From a virus: DNA of 64,000 nt. Position numbers and translations under genes: made by a program. Position 1 is the stretch's first letter. Each line of letters opens with the position of its first letter. Positions 29,654 through 39,222 of the stretch are shown in pieces. Under the pieces are notes generated by a model. It was not told the origin of the DNA and made no database searches. It saw only the letters and a program-made list of their open reading frames with translations. Where the stretch lies: the IMG/VR virus record IMGVR_UViG_3300029286_000012; one strand, given 5' to 3'.

Positions 29654-31107
29654 AACAATGTAAGATAATCGTTAAAGATGAAGTTAACGTAAAGATAGAA
29701 GGCCTTGAACTTGCAGAGCGTAAAGCACTGATGAAAATGTTTGAGTACGAAGTACCCGGAGCACGTTATCTACCCGCAGTACGACTGGGTAGATGGAACG
29801 GTAAGGTAAGTTATTTCAGTTTAGCAGGAAGTACTTACATTAATTTGTTAGAAGAAATACTTCCTGTATTAGATAGAGCAGGATATGATATTGAGTTGGA
29901 TGATACAAGGGATTATACCACAACCTTTGAATTTGCTGAAGTGTCTGAGTCAACGTTTGCTCATAAGAACTGGCCTAAAGGTCATCCCAAAGAAGGTACA
30001 CCTGTAGAATTACGTGACTATCAAATTAGTATCGTTAATAACTTTTTAAAGAATCCACAATCATTGCAAGAAATTGCAACAGGCGCGGGTAAAACATTGA
30101 TGACTGCCGCACTAAGTTATAGCATAGAACAATATGGACGTAGTATCGTTATCGTTCCAAACAAAAGTCTAGTAACACAAACAGAAGCAGATTACATTAA
30201 TCTTGGATTAGATGTTGGCGTATACTTTGGTGATCGTAAAGAATACAATAAAACACACACTATCTGTACTTGGCAGAGCCTTAACAATATGCTTAAGAAA
30301 ACAAAAGCCGGAGAAGCTGAAGTAAATATCAGTGACTTCATTGAAGGTGTTGTTTGTGTAATGGTTGATGAAGTGCATATGGCCAAAGCAGACGCATTAA
30401 AAACATTACTTACAGGTGTGTTTGCTAAAGTTCCCATTCGGTGGGGGCTAACAGGTACTATCCCTAAAGCTAAGTTTGAAGCACAATCGTTGTTTGTTAG
30501 TTTAGGCCCTGTAATCAGTAAATTAAGTGCAAGTGAATTGCAGGATCAAGGTGTGTTAGCACAATGTCACGTTAATATTGTACAACTGAAAGACGATGTA
30601 GAGTTCACTAATTACCAAAGTGAGTTGAAACATTTATTAGAAGATACACACAGACTGGATGCTATTGCTGAATTGATACTAAAGATTAAAGAGAGTGGTA
30701 ATGTCTTGGTCCTAGTTGATAGAGTTAATGCAGGTAAAGAAATTATTAGTAGGTTACCGGACAGTGTGTTCGTCAGTGGTGCTACTAATATGGTTGATAG
30801 GAAAGAAGAATATGATGAAATTGCAACCAGCACAAATAAAATCATTGTTGCTACTTATGGTGTCGCCGCTGTTGGTATCAACATACCTCGTATTTTTAAT
30901 CTGGTTCTCATTGAACCTGGAAAATCCTTTGTCCGTGTTATCCAAAGCATCGGTCGAGGCATTCGTAAAGCAGAAGATAAAGACTTTGTACAAATCTGGG
31001 ACATAACCAGTAGTTGTAAGTTTGCCAAACGTCACTTGACCCAACGTAAAGCTTTTTACCGTGAAGCCAATTACCCTTTTGACTTAGAAAAGTTGACATA
31101 CAGATAA
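29650..31107 (+). CDS. uvsW: SF2 DNA helicase
   Basis: LRDYQ, ATGAGKT, DEVH, LTGT, QSIGRGIR. Confidence 0.93.
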   Translation: MKQCKIIVKDEVNVKIEGLELAERKALMKMFEYEVPGARYLPAVRLGRWNGKVSYFSLAGSTYINLLEEILPVLDRAGYDIELDDTRDYTTTFEFAEVSESTFAHKNWPKGHPKEGTPVELRDYQISIVNNFLKNPQSLQEIATGAGKTLMTAALSYSIEQYGRSIVIVPNKSLVTQTEADYINLGLDVGVYFGDRKEYNKTHTICTWQSLNNMLKKTKAGEAEVNISDFIEGVVCVMVDEVHMAKADALKTLLTGVFAKVPIRWGLTGTIPKAKFEAQSLFVSLGPVISKLSASELQDQGVLAQCHVNIVQLKDDVEFTNYQSELKHLLEDTHRLDAIAELILKIKESGNVLVLVDRVNAGKEIISRLPDSVFVSGATNMVDRKEEYDEIATSTNKIIVATYGVAAVGINIPRIFNLVLIEPGKSFVRVIQSIGRGIRKAEDKDFVQIWDITSSCKFAKRHLTQRKAFYREANYPFDLEKLTYR

Positions 31108-31121
31108 GAAAGTGTTACAAT
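31093..31121 (+). promoter_or_regulatory. sigma70-type promoter of an apparently leaderless gene
   Basis: TTGACA-17-TACAAT; ATG begins 7 nt after the -10 box. Confidence 0.7.
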
Positions 31122-31127
31122 AATAAC

Positions 31128-31628
31128 ATGCGAATATTAACCTTAGACAACGAATTCTATAACTTAGAAACACTTCCCGAAGAGATTGATGACCTGCGGT
31201 TTGCTATACTAGATAACAGTAACCCAAGTAATGTAGATTATCATTATATACCACTAATCTTTTTAGAGAGTTTTAACAGCCCTGCTCTTGTATTGAAGAT
31301 TGGCAACAGTACAATTAAGATGCCAATTGATTGGCAAATACTAATTGGTGAACAAGAACATGGAGACTTAGAAACATTGCCTCTTACAAGTATCAATGAC
31401 AGAGGCTTCAATGCGTTTGAGTTTAATCCACTTAGTTCATTCAGTCCGAGTTTTGTATCTATTGAGATTATAGACATCTATCACGATGTAACTTGGTATG
31501 CACCACGATTAAAGAACGGACAATTCTTATGCGTACCGTTAGATGATGGACCTAAACCTAGATGTGTGTATTTTGTAAAAGAGATTAGTCGTAACTGTGA
31601 GATTGTAGATTATAGTCAGGCATTCTAA
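31128..31628 (+). CDS. conserved hypothetical protein, possible inactive Hint-fold
   Basis: beta-strand pattern follows Hint blocks but catalytic residues are absent. Confidence 0.5.
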   Translation: MRILTLDNEFYNLETLPEEIDDLRFAILDNSNPSNVDYHYIPLIFLESFNSPALVLKIGNSTIKMPIDWQILIGEQEHGDLETLPLTSINDRGFNAFEFNPLSSFSPSFVSIEIIDIYHDVTWYAPRLKNGQFLCVPLDDGPKPRCVYFVKEISRNCEIVDYSQAF

Positions 31629-32221
31629 TGGCAACAAAGAAAATAGCAATACCTCAAGATGAGAAATTAGAGAATCAAGACTTTAACTTGTTTGAAGCTA
31701 TTGCGGCACTAGACAAGAAGGACTATGGTTATTATGATAGACTTACGCCCGAGCAACAACGTAAGTTTGTTCCGTTTATGTTAATCAAGTGGTTAAGTTA
31801 TGTAAAGGGTTCTAGTGATATTGCAGGATACTATGCAATGAGTACAGAATATCACGCTAACAAATACTTCTTTAATGAAAATGTATCAAAGCATCCTAAA
31901 CTACAATGGTATATGATGTGTGCGGCAAGCCCCGGTAAAGGTAAACAATATCATCAATGGTTACCTCAGATTAAAGAACGTGTTAGTTTGTTAAAAGAAC
32001 CTGCACAAGTAAAAGAAATCAAAGAGTACTTTACAAAGATTTATCCTAAAGCAAATAGTGAGGATTTAACAGAATATTCAAAGGCATTTGTGCAAGAGCA
32101 GAGAAAGAAAATGCATCTTGCAGAAATATACCCCCATTTAAAAATAGCAGACATAGAAGTACTAAGCCAAACGGTTACAGATGAAGATATCACTCAATAC
32201 GAAAAAGACAGAGGCAACTGA
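31628..32221 (+). CDS. clamp-loader small subunit (T4 gp62-like)
   Basis: F.PFML.KWLS, HPKLQW, GKQYHQW, IKEYF pattern. Confidence 0.65.
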   Translation: MATKKIAIPQDEKLENQDFNLFEAIAALDKKDYGYYDRLTPEQQRKFVPFMLIKWLSYVKGSSDIAGYYAMSTEYHANKYFFNENVSKHPKLQWYMMCAASPGKGKQYHQWLPQIKERVSLLKEPAQVKEIKEYFTKIYPKANSEDLTEYSKAFVQEQRKKMHLAEIYPHLKIADIEVLSQTVTDEDITQYEKDRGN

Positions 32222-32903
32222 TAAGACAATCAAATATGGTTGTGATTTTTGCAATAGAGAGTTCCTACGTGAGTCTACTATGGCTAAACACCTATGCGAA
32301 AACAAACAACGTTGGATGAATAAAGATATGCAAGGCAATCGTATTGGCTTTCAATCTTGGCTACAGTTTTATAAAAAGAATACTAGTACTAAAAAGAATA
32401 AAACTTATGAGGAGTTCATTCGTAGTGCTTATTATACTGCCTTCGTAAAGTTTGGAACTCATTGTGCAAATATCAATGCCATCAATATTAGCAGATACGT
32501 AGATTGGTTGTTAAAAAATAACATCAAAATTGATACGTGGGCAAGTGATAGCGTCTATACAAAGTATCTGATTGAGTATTTGCGTATTGAAGATCCATTA
32601 GATGCTATTGCACGTAGTGTCCAAACTACTATGGATTTAGCAGAGAAAGAGGGTATTGTACCTAAAGACTATTTGTGTTACGGTAACCCTAACAAGATAT
32701 GCCATAGTATTACCAATGGTAAACTTAGTCCTTGGATGCTATATCAGAGTAATAGTGGCGTGAAGTTCTTAGATGGTTTAAATGAATCACAGGTTAAGAT
32801 GGTTATTGACTATATTAATCCAGAACTATGGAAGATTAAATTCAATCGTGAGCCTGAGAATGTGAAACAAGTTAAGGAGTTATTGAATGCAGGCGGGTAC
32901 TAG
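32181..32903 (+). CDS. conserved hypothetical protein with N-terminal zinc finger
   Basis: CDFCNREFLRESTMAKHLC. Confidence 0.7.
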   Translation: MKISLNTKKTEATDKTIKYGCDFCNREFLRESTMAKHLCENKQRWMNKDMQGNRIGFQSWLQFYKKNTSTKKNKTYEEFIRSAYYTAFVKFGTHCANINAINISRYVDWLLKNNIKIDTWASDSVYTKYLIEYLRIEDPLDAIARSVQTTMDLAEKEGIVPKDYLCYGNPNKICHSITNGKLSPWMLYQSNSGVKFLDGLNESQVKMVIDYINPELWKIKFNREPENVKQVKELLNAGGY

Positions 32904-33081
32904 AGTCCGTATACCTTGGAAAAAGGGAGATATTATAGATTGGAATGAAACCTGTGCTTGGGCTATAGAACAGTACGGATTACCGGGAGATAAATTTAGT
33001 ACAGATCCTACCGTAGATTATATGGATTTCTATTTTAAAGATGAGCGTGACGCTGTTCATTTTGAATTAAGATGGGGTTAA
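32887..33081 (+). CDS. F-x-L-[RK]-W family small protein
   Basis: ends FYFKDERDAVHFELRWG. Confidence 0.7.
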   Translation: MQAGTRVRIPWKKGDIIDWNETCAWAIEQYGLPGDKFSTDPTVDYMDFYFKDERDAVHFELRWG

Positions 33082-33082
33082 A

Positions 33083-33307
33083 GTGCGTCAAGTAACATTG
33101 TACATTGATGTTAGTAGAACCTTAGAAATAGTTAATGAGTTAAAACGTCACGGTTGGTTCATGGGTAAAGATTTTGATTTTGCTTATCATAAACCAATCT
33201 ATGACAGCTTTAGTGGATCTAATTGGGAACCAGAACTAGAGAAGCATACTGTGTTTACTTTTTACAATGATGTTAATGCAAGTTATTTTATGTTGAGGTG
33301 GGGATGA
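33083..33307 (+). CDS. F-x-L-[RK]-W family small protein
   Basis: GTG start; ends FTFYNDVNASYFMLRWG. Confidence 0.7.
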   Translation: MRQVTLYIDVSRTLEIVNELKRHGWFMGKDFDFAYHKPIYDSFSGSNWEPELEKHTVFTFYNDVNASYFMLRWG

Positions 33308-33540
33308 TAATTGAACATTATGACTATGCTGTCGGATGGGAAAACACCAAACCCGGTTGGTATGAATGCACAGTTCGTGCCAAACGTTTTGACAAAATTA
33401 ATGAAATAATTAAATGGTTAGAAACTAATATAGGCAAATATGAAAGGCATTGTAGATGGGGTGTAACTGATGATGACACTATTAGCTTCAAGTTTAGATA
33501 TGAGAGAGATTACATTTTATTCACATTGAGGTGGAGTTGA
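33304..33540 (+). CDS. F-x-L-[RK]-W family small protein
   Basis: ATGA overlap at 33304; ends FKFRYERDYILFTLRWS. Confidence 0.7.
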   Translation: MIIEHYDYAVGWENTKPGWYECTVRAKRFDKINEIIKWLETNIGKYERHCRWGVTDDDTISFKFRYERDYILFTLRWS

Positions 33541-33806
33541 TGGTATCAATACCTCACATACAGGACTACGATGACGATGATCCAAATATAAACCAACGTA
33601 GAAATCGTTGGAACTATTGGGAAGCATTGAAGAAAGTGCGTAAAGAATATATGGAACAAAACCGTGAGTTTGACGCATATGATTTTGAAGATTATCTTAT
33701 AGGAAAGTATGGTGTAAAGATGAATATAGTCAATGGCAACATAACAGATGGTTATGAGATTGTTGACGAAAAGAAGTACCTAATATTTTTATTAAAATTC
33801 CAATGA
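33540..33806 (+). CDS. F-x-L-[RK]-W family small protein (divergent)
   Basis: TGATG overlap; ends YEIVDEKKYLIFLLKFQ. Confidence 0.7.
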   Translation: MVSIPHIQDYDDDDPNINQRRNRWNYWEALKKVRKEYMEQNREFDAYDFEDYLIGKYGVKMNIVNGNITDGYEIVDEKKYLIFLLKFQ

Positions 33807-34153
33807 ACAATACACCCTTTCCCATAACAGCTTTACAAGATAATAAATTTATGTTATCATGGCCTAAATGGCAGAACATTAAACACTTTCACACAAAGAA
33901 AAAACTATTGGATGTGTTGTTTGACTATATAGGCAGTGAAGAAGTAGGTATTAGCATATCAATTGTAAAAGACGAATTAGATATTATGTGGATTACATGG
34001 AACACTTGGGCACAAGATGTTAACGGTGACTATGCTACCTACTTAGAAGATATGTATGAGATTAAAGGTGTAGCATTCAATAGCGAGACAGAAGCATTGA
34101 AGCTACAAGATTACTTAGAGAAGAAATATATTTGGAAAACATTACAGGCATAA
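33803..34153 (+). CDS. hypothetical protein
   Basis: coupled ORF; VAFNSETEA resembles the family's F..E.DA element. Confidence 0.65.
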   Translation: MNNTPFPITALQDNKFMLSWPKWQNIKHFHTKKKLLDVLFDYIGSEEVGISISIVKDELDIMWITWNTWAQDVNGDYATYLEDMYEIKGVAFNSETEALKLQDYLEKKYIWKTLQA

Positions 34154-34154
34154 T

Positions 34155-34709
34155 ATGGCACAGGATATAATGATTGATATGGAAACACTTGACACAAGTC
34201 CTAATTGTGTTATATTAACCATTGGTGCAGTAAGATTCGATCCTAAAGGTAGTGGGGTTGTTGAAAGATTAGAGTTGCGACCTACAATTGAAGAACAGAC
34301 AGAAATATACAATAGGAGTATCAATGAAGATACATTACGTTGGTGGAGTGAGCAAAGTCCTGAAGCACTTGAAGAGGCTATGGGAGAAAATGGCAGAATT
34401 CCATTTAGAGAGTGTATGGAAATACTTTATAAGTTTTGTTGGAATCGCCGTGCTGTTTGGAGCAATGGTGCATCATTCGATGTGGTTGTGGCAGAGTCGG
34501 CCTGGAGAAATCTCGAAATGCGAATCCCCTGGCCTTTCTACACCGTCAGAGATACACGTACCTTGTATGAGATAACCGGAGTAAGTCTTAAAGACGGCGG
34601 TCACGTAACCAGTCACAAGGCAGTTGAAGATGCCGAAAGACAAGCTATTGTTGTGCAAAAAGCGTATACTAAATTAATTAAAGCAGAACTGGTACCTCTC
34701 CCAAGATGA
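34155..34709 (+). CDS. DEDDh 3'-5' exonuclease
   Basis: MIDMETL (ExoI), WSNGASFD (ExoII), RDTRT, HKAVEDA (ExoIII). Confidence 0.88.
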   Translation: MAQDIMIDMETLDTSPNCVILTIGAVRFDPKGSGVVERLELRPTIEEQTEIYNRSINEDTLRWWSEQSPEALEEAMGENGRIPFRECMEILYKFCWNRRAVWSNGASFDVVVAESAWRNLEMRIPWPFYTVRDTRTLYEITGVSLKDGGHVTSHKAVEDAERQAIVVQKAYTKLIKAELVPLPR

Positions 34710-35278
34710 GAATTGATTCAGACATTGACATTGACTTTGGGTCAAGAGATGATTTGTTAAAGTTAATACGTCATACCCCGGCGGCAATGCGTAATGCTAA
34801 ACCTATGCGTAAACATGCTACTGGTGTATATGTTACTGACATACCATATGATCCAGTCAATGATATGGCAGCTATTGACTATGTTCAAGCAGAACAACGA
34901 GGGTATTTCAAACTAGATTTATTGAATGTTCACGTTTATTCTCATGTTCGTGATGAGCTACATTTAGCAACATTGATGCGTGAGCCTAATTGGGATAACT
35001 TAAATAAAAGAGAATTTGTAGAGAAATTGATTCACTTGGGGAATCATTATCAATCATTGCAGAAGATGCCAAGTTCAGTAAATAGCATTCCCAGACTAGC
35101 AATGTTTTTGGCACTAATTAGACCAGCTAAACGACATTTAATAGGGCAACAATGGTCTGAAATATCAAAGACTATTTGGGATACAAATACTGATGGGTAC
35201 AGTTTTAAAAAGAGTCATGCAATCGCATATGCACATTTAGTAGTGGTCCATATGAATTTACTAGAAGAACAGACTTAA
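34706..35278 (+). CDS. miniature DNA polymerase III alpha (DnaE)-like nucleotidyltransferase
   Basis: SDIDIDF, KHATGVYV, GYFKLDLL, LALIRP, GYSFKKSHAIAYA in canonical order within 190 aa. Confidence 0.8.
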   Translation: MRIDSDIDIDFGSRDDLLKLIRHTPAAMRNAKPMRKHATGVYVTDIPYDPVNDMAAIDYVQAEQRGYFKLDLLNVHVYSHVRDELHLATLMREPNWDNLNKREFVEKLIHLGNHYQSLQKMPSSVNSIPRLAMFLALIRPAKRHLIGQQWSEISKTIWDTNTDGYSFKKSHAIAYAHLVVVHMNLLEEQT

Positions 35279-35655
35279 ACTATTCTTTTTACTAGTGTAA
35301 TACTACGGCGTTTGCTTCTGCGCTTACTCAATTCAGACATACTACACAAGGGGCCGTGTATTACTGTTAAACTTTTGTTATTAAAAGTTCTGAGATATGG
35401 TTTAAATATAATCCATTCTTCTTTTAAAAAGAGGTTGATTGGGATAAGTCTATTACTTTCCCACCACCAAATATCACCTAGTTCTAAGAATTTTTCTCTA
35501 ACAGTAGACTCTATTATAGACCCATAATCGTAAATAGTGGTGACTATATCATCACGGTTCTGAACTATTCCAACGTAGTCTTGGTTGGCATATGAACATA
35601 TAGTTATGAACGGATGATTTGTTGTTAGTTTATTAAAAAATTCGTTTGATATCAT
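35275..35655 (-). CDS. conserved late hypothetical protein
   Basis: YVGIVQN and WWWESNRLIPI motifs; late box GATAAATA on - strand at 35676-83. Confidence 0.7.
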   Translation of the reverse strand: MISNEFFNKLTTNHPFITICSYANQDYVGIVQNRDDIVTTIYDYGSIIESTVREKFLELGDIWWWESNRLIPINLFLKEEWIIFKPYLRTFNNKSLTVIHGPLCSMSELSKRRSKRRSITLVKRIV

Positions 35656-35721
35656 TGTTGTTATATTGACCGAAATATTTATCATCGGGTAGCTTGGCAA
35701 TATATTTTGATAAATATCATT

Positions 35722-36489
35722 ATGTACTCAACTCAAGTTTTCGTCTATACACAAAGACAAATCGTTATACTTTTATCAGGATTTTCCCCAAGGAGCTATA
35801 TGCCTCAGTATGCCAAGCCACTTACACTTAATAAGGGTGTAGACAATCAAATTCAATTTCAGTTCTTAAACCAAGAACAAAAACCCGTAGATATTACAGG
35901 TAAATCAATAGTTTGTAGGATTATTAATTATGAAGGTAATGTGGTCCTATTACAAAAAGCATTAACTCTACAATTACCTGCAACTGGTATTGCCGCATTG
36001 CTTTTAAATTCTGCTGATTTAGCAAGTCTTGATGCACAGAAATGTTATTATTCATTGGAGATTCCTGTAGGAGAATTTGATTACCCTGTGTTTGTAGACC
36101 AAAATGCAGGAGCACGTGGTGATATGAATATCGTTAATAGTGTATTACCAAGCTTTGTTCCTTCAATGCCAGTAAGTATTCCGACTGGACAAGACTTCCC
36201 TAACTTACACCCTGATGGTAACGGTGAAAGCAACATCACATATTACACTAGCGTAATTGATACCAACGACAGTCCAATATTAACACTACAAGCACAATAT
36301 AGTGATTTTTATGGCAACGTTGTTGTTGAAGGTTCTACGATTGTAGATGGTGATTGGTATCCTATATTAACCGATACTTATACGGCTGCAACCGATACAA
36401 AAGGTTATGTTGTTCAGGGTTATCATCCATATGTTAGAATGCAATTTGAAAGCAATAACGGTGCAGTAACCAATATTTTGTCAAGATAA
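35722..36489 (+). CDS. putative structural (beta-rich) late protein
   Basis: late box 35709-16, then ATG 35722. Confidence 0.6.
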   Translation: MYSTQVFVYTQRQIVILLSGFSPRSYMPQYAKPLTLNKGVDNQIQFQFLNQEQKPVDITGKSIVCRIINYEGNVVLLQKALTLQLPATGIAALLLNSADLASLDAQKCYYSLEIPVGEFDYPVFVDQNAGARGDMNIVNSVLPSFVPSMPVSIPTGQDFPNLHPDGNGESNITYYTSVIDTNDSPILTLQAQYSDFYGNVVVEGSTIVDGDWYPILTDTYTAATDTKGYVVQGYHPYVRMQFESNNGAVTNILSR

Positions 36490-36537
36490 TCAACCTAAAG
36501 TATTGTTTATCTATGACAGTTGTGTTATACTACATAG

Positions 36538-37518
36538 ATGTTTGATATCCTATCAGTAATTCCCGGAAAGAAAAAACTCACGCATGGTGGATGGCATAGT
36601 TTTAATGCTATCTGTTGTAGCCGTCGTGGGCATAAAACTGATACACGTGGGCGTGGTGGTATTAAATTTGATGGGCAATTCAATTGGTCATATCATTGCT
36701 TTAACTGTGGGTTTAAGTGTGGATTTATGTTGGGTAAAAGTATTACTCAAAATACTAAAAATATATTATTGTGGTCAGGTATTCAACCTGAACAAATTAG
36801 TAAATGGAGTTTAGAAAGTTTACAGCATAAAGATTTACTAGACTTTACTAATCTTAAAAAACAAAAATCAAAAATAAAATTTAAAGAACATACGTTGCCT
36901 GTAGGCGAATTAATTGATATTAAAAACACATTACACAAAGTATACATTGATTATCTATCTGCGAGGTCGATAAATTATAATGACTACCCGTTCTTAGTTA
37001 CACCTAATGATACTGGCAGACAGTCAAACAGAATTATTATCCCTTATACTTACAAGAATAAAATTGTAGGTCATACGAGCAGATTCTTAGATAACAAAAT
37101 CCCAAAGTATATTAACGAGCAACAACCAGGCTATGTATTTGGTTATGACTTTCAGAAACCCGATTGGGAAGTATGTTTGTTAGTTGAAGGTATCTTTGAC
37201 GCATTAAGCTTAAATGCTTGTGCGTTAACACATAATACAATCAATGACGACCAAGCACAGATTCTAGCACAACTTAATAAACGTATTATCTTTATTCCCG
37301 ATAGAGATGCGACAGGTTTAGAAACGTGTGATAGAGCATTAGAGCTAGGTTATAGTGTAAGTATTCCCAACTGGGATGACAGTGTTAAAGATGTAAATGA
37401 CGCGGTAGTTAAGTATGGTAAGTTGCCTACATTACTCAGTATATTGAGTAGTGCGACAACTAGTAAAATCAAAATAGAACTACAGAGGAAGAAAATTGAA
37501 AAAAGATTACGAAAATAA
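36538..37518 (+). CDS. DNA primase (T4 gp61-like)
   Basis: zinc-binding CC..H / HCFNC, RIIIP, PKY, TOPRIM LVEGIFDA and PDRD, KDVND. Confidence 0.92.
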   Translation: MFDILSVIPGKKKLTHGGWHSFNAICCSRRGHKTDTRGRGGIKFDGQFNWSYHCFNCGFKCGFMLGKSITQNTKNILLWSGIQPEQISKWSLESLQHKDLLDFTNLKKQKSKIKFKEHTLPVGELIDIKNTLHKVYIDYLSARSINYNDYPFLVTPNDTGRQSNRIIIPYTYKNKIVGHTSRFLDNKIPKYINEQQPGYVFGYDFQKPDWEVCLLVEGIFDALSLNACALTHNTINDDQAQILAQLNKRIIFIPDRDATGLETCDRALELGYSVSIPNWDDSVKDVNDAVVKYGKLPTLLSILSSATTSKIKIELQRKKIEKRLRK

Positions 37519-38938
37519 AAAAGATTACGGTATTGAGATGCAAAAGATATTTTTGCGTGTAATGATTACTGAGGCAGAACTCTACACTAGAGTTATGAAC
37601 ATATTAAACAGCGAAAACTTTGATAGGTCATTAAGACCTATCGTAAATCTATACAAAGAACATACTACAAAATATAGTATCTTACCCGATCCGACACAGA
37701 TTAAAGCTATTACTGGACAAGATATTGATATCATCCCTAACTTTAGTCCCAATCAATTTAATTGGTTCTTAGATGAGTTTGAAGCATTTACTAAACGACA
37801 AGAGTTGGAACGAGCTATTCTTAAAGCTGCCGATTTACTTGAGAAGGATGACTTTGGTCCAGTTGAAAAACTAATCAAAGACGCAGTTCAAATCAGTTTA
37901 CAAAAAGATATGGGAACTGATTACTTCTATGACCCGGCGGCACGTATCAACAAATACTTTAACAATGGTGGGCAAGTAAGTACAGGCTGGCCACAAATGG
38001 ATCGTATCTTATACGGTGGATTCAGTAGGGGTGAACTTAATATCTTTGCAGGTGGTTCAGGTTCAGGTAAGAGTCTTGTTATGATGAATATTGCATTGAA
38101 CTGGTTGCAACAAGGGATGAGCGGGGTGTACATTACATTAGAACTTAGTGAAGAACTAACATCATTAAGAACAGATGCTATGTTGACTATGATGGGTACA
38201 AAAGCAATTCGTAAAGATATTGATACCACTAGTCTTAAAGTTAAGATGGTTGGTAAGAAGTCAGGACAGTATCGTGTTAAAGGATTGCCTGCACAAAGTA
38301 ATGTGAATGATATTCGTGCTTACTTAAAAGAAGTGCAAATTCAAACAGGTATTAAGATTAACTTTGTGATGGTTGACTACTTAGACTTGGTTATGCCCGT
38401 CTCTGTTAAAGTTAATCCTAACGACCAGTTTATCAAAGACAAGTATGTTGCCGAAGAACTACGTAATCTTGCAAAAGAGCTAGGTATACTGATGGTGACT
38501 GCATCGCAGTTGAATCGTAGTGCTGTTGATGAGATTGAGTTTGACCACAGTCACATTGCTGGTGGTATCAGTAAGATTAACACAGCGGATAATGTGTTTG
38601 GTATCTTTACAAGTCGCAGTATGCGTGAGCGTGGTAAGTATCAAATTCAATGTATGAAAAGTCGTAGTAGTACTGGTGTAGGACAAAAGATTGACTTAGA
38701 CTATGATATTGAAACTATGCGTATTAGTGACAGTGACCCTGATAATCAGACTAGTTATACTCCTAAGCCCAGTGCTAATGATATTATGAGTCAACTTAAA
38801 CCGCAAAGTACGTTACAGTCAACTGAACCTATCATAGACCAGGCTACGGGAGAGATACTAGAGCCAGAAAATAAGCGTATTATAGCAGATGTTCAGGGTT
38901 CTAAGCTCAAGGCAATGTTAAACAGTTTAAAGAAATAA
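37496..38938 (+). CDS. replicative DnaB-like helicase (T4 gp41-like)
   Basis: GGSGSGKS, ITLELSE, VDYLDL, TASQLNR, KSR; exact start uncertain (TTG 37496 or a later ATG). Confidence 0.93.
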   Translation: MKKDYENKKDYGIEMQKIFLRVMITEAELYTRVMNILNSENFDRSLRPIVNLYKEHTTKYSILPDPTQIKAITGQDIDIIPNFSPNQFNWFLDEFEAFTKRQELERAILKAADLLEKDDFGPVEKLIKDAVQISLQKDMGTDYFYDPAARINKYFNNGGQVSTGWPQMDRILYGGFSRGELNIFAGGSGSGKSLVMMNIALNWLQQGMSGVYITLELSEELTSLRTDAMLTMMGTKAIRKDIDTTSLKVKMVGKKSGQYRVKGLPAQSNVNDIRAYLKEVQIQTGIKINFVMVDYLDLVMPVSVKVNPNDQFIKDKYVAEELRNLAKELGILMVTASQLNRSAVDEIEFDHSHIAGGISKINTADNVFGIFTSRSMRERGKYQIQCMKSRSSTGVGQKIDLDYDIETMRISDSDPDNQTSYTPKPSANDIMSQLKPQSTLQSTEPIIDQATGEILEPENKRIIADVQGSKLKAMLNSLKK

Positions 38939-38973
38939 ACCTAAAAGTAGATAAATACTATTAGGAAACTAAT

Positions 38974-39222
38974 ATGCAAAAACAAACTCGCAGTCTCTTA
39001 GAAGAACTAGAAGCAATTGGTAACAATAGGGACACGACACACATTATTGAGAGTCGTGGCCACAATATTATTACCAGTGCTATCAATCTAATAGAGATGA
39101 TTAATCGTAATTATAGTCCAGAGCAAGCCGCTATTTTAGAGCGTAAACTGTTAGGTGCTATAAAGAGCAAGGATCAAGCAAAGTTTTCCAAATCATTAAG
39201 GAAAAACCGTGAAGCTGAATGA
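38974..39222 (+). CDS. conserved late hypothetical protein
   Basis: late box GATAAATA at 38950-57; AGGA SD. Confidence 0.75.
   Translation: MQKQTRSLLEELEAIGNNRDTTHIIESRGHNIITSAINLIEMINRNYSPEQAAILERKLLGAIKSKDQAKFSKSLRKNREAE

Noticed and set aside
14689-38938. Inteins or introns in terminase, UvsX, UvsW or helicase
   Set aside because: Protein lengths and motif spacing are normal; no splice-junction motifs seen
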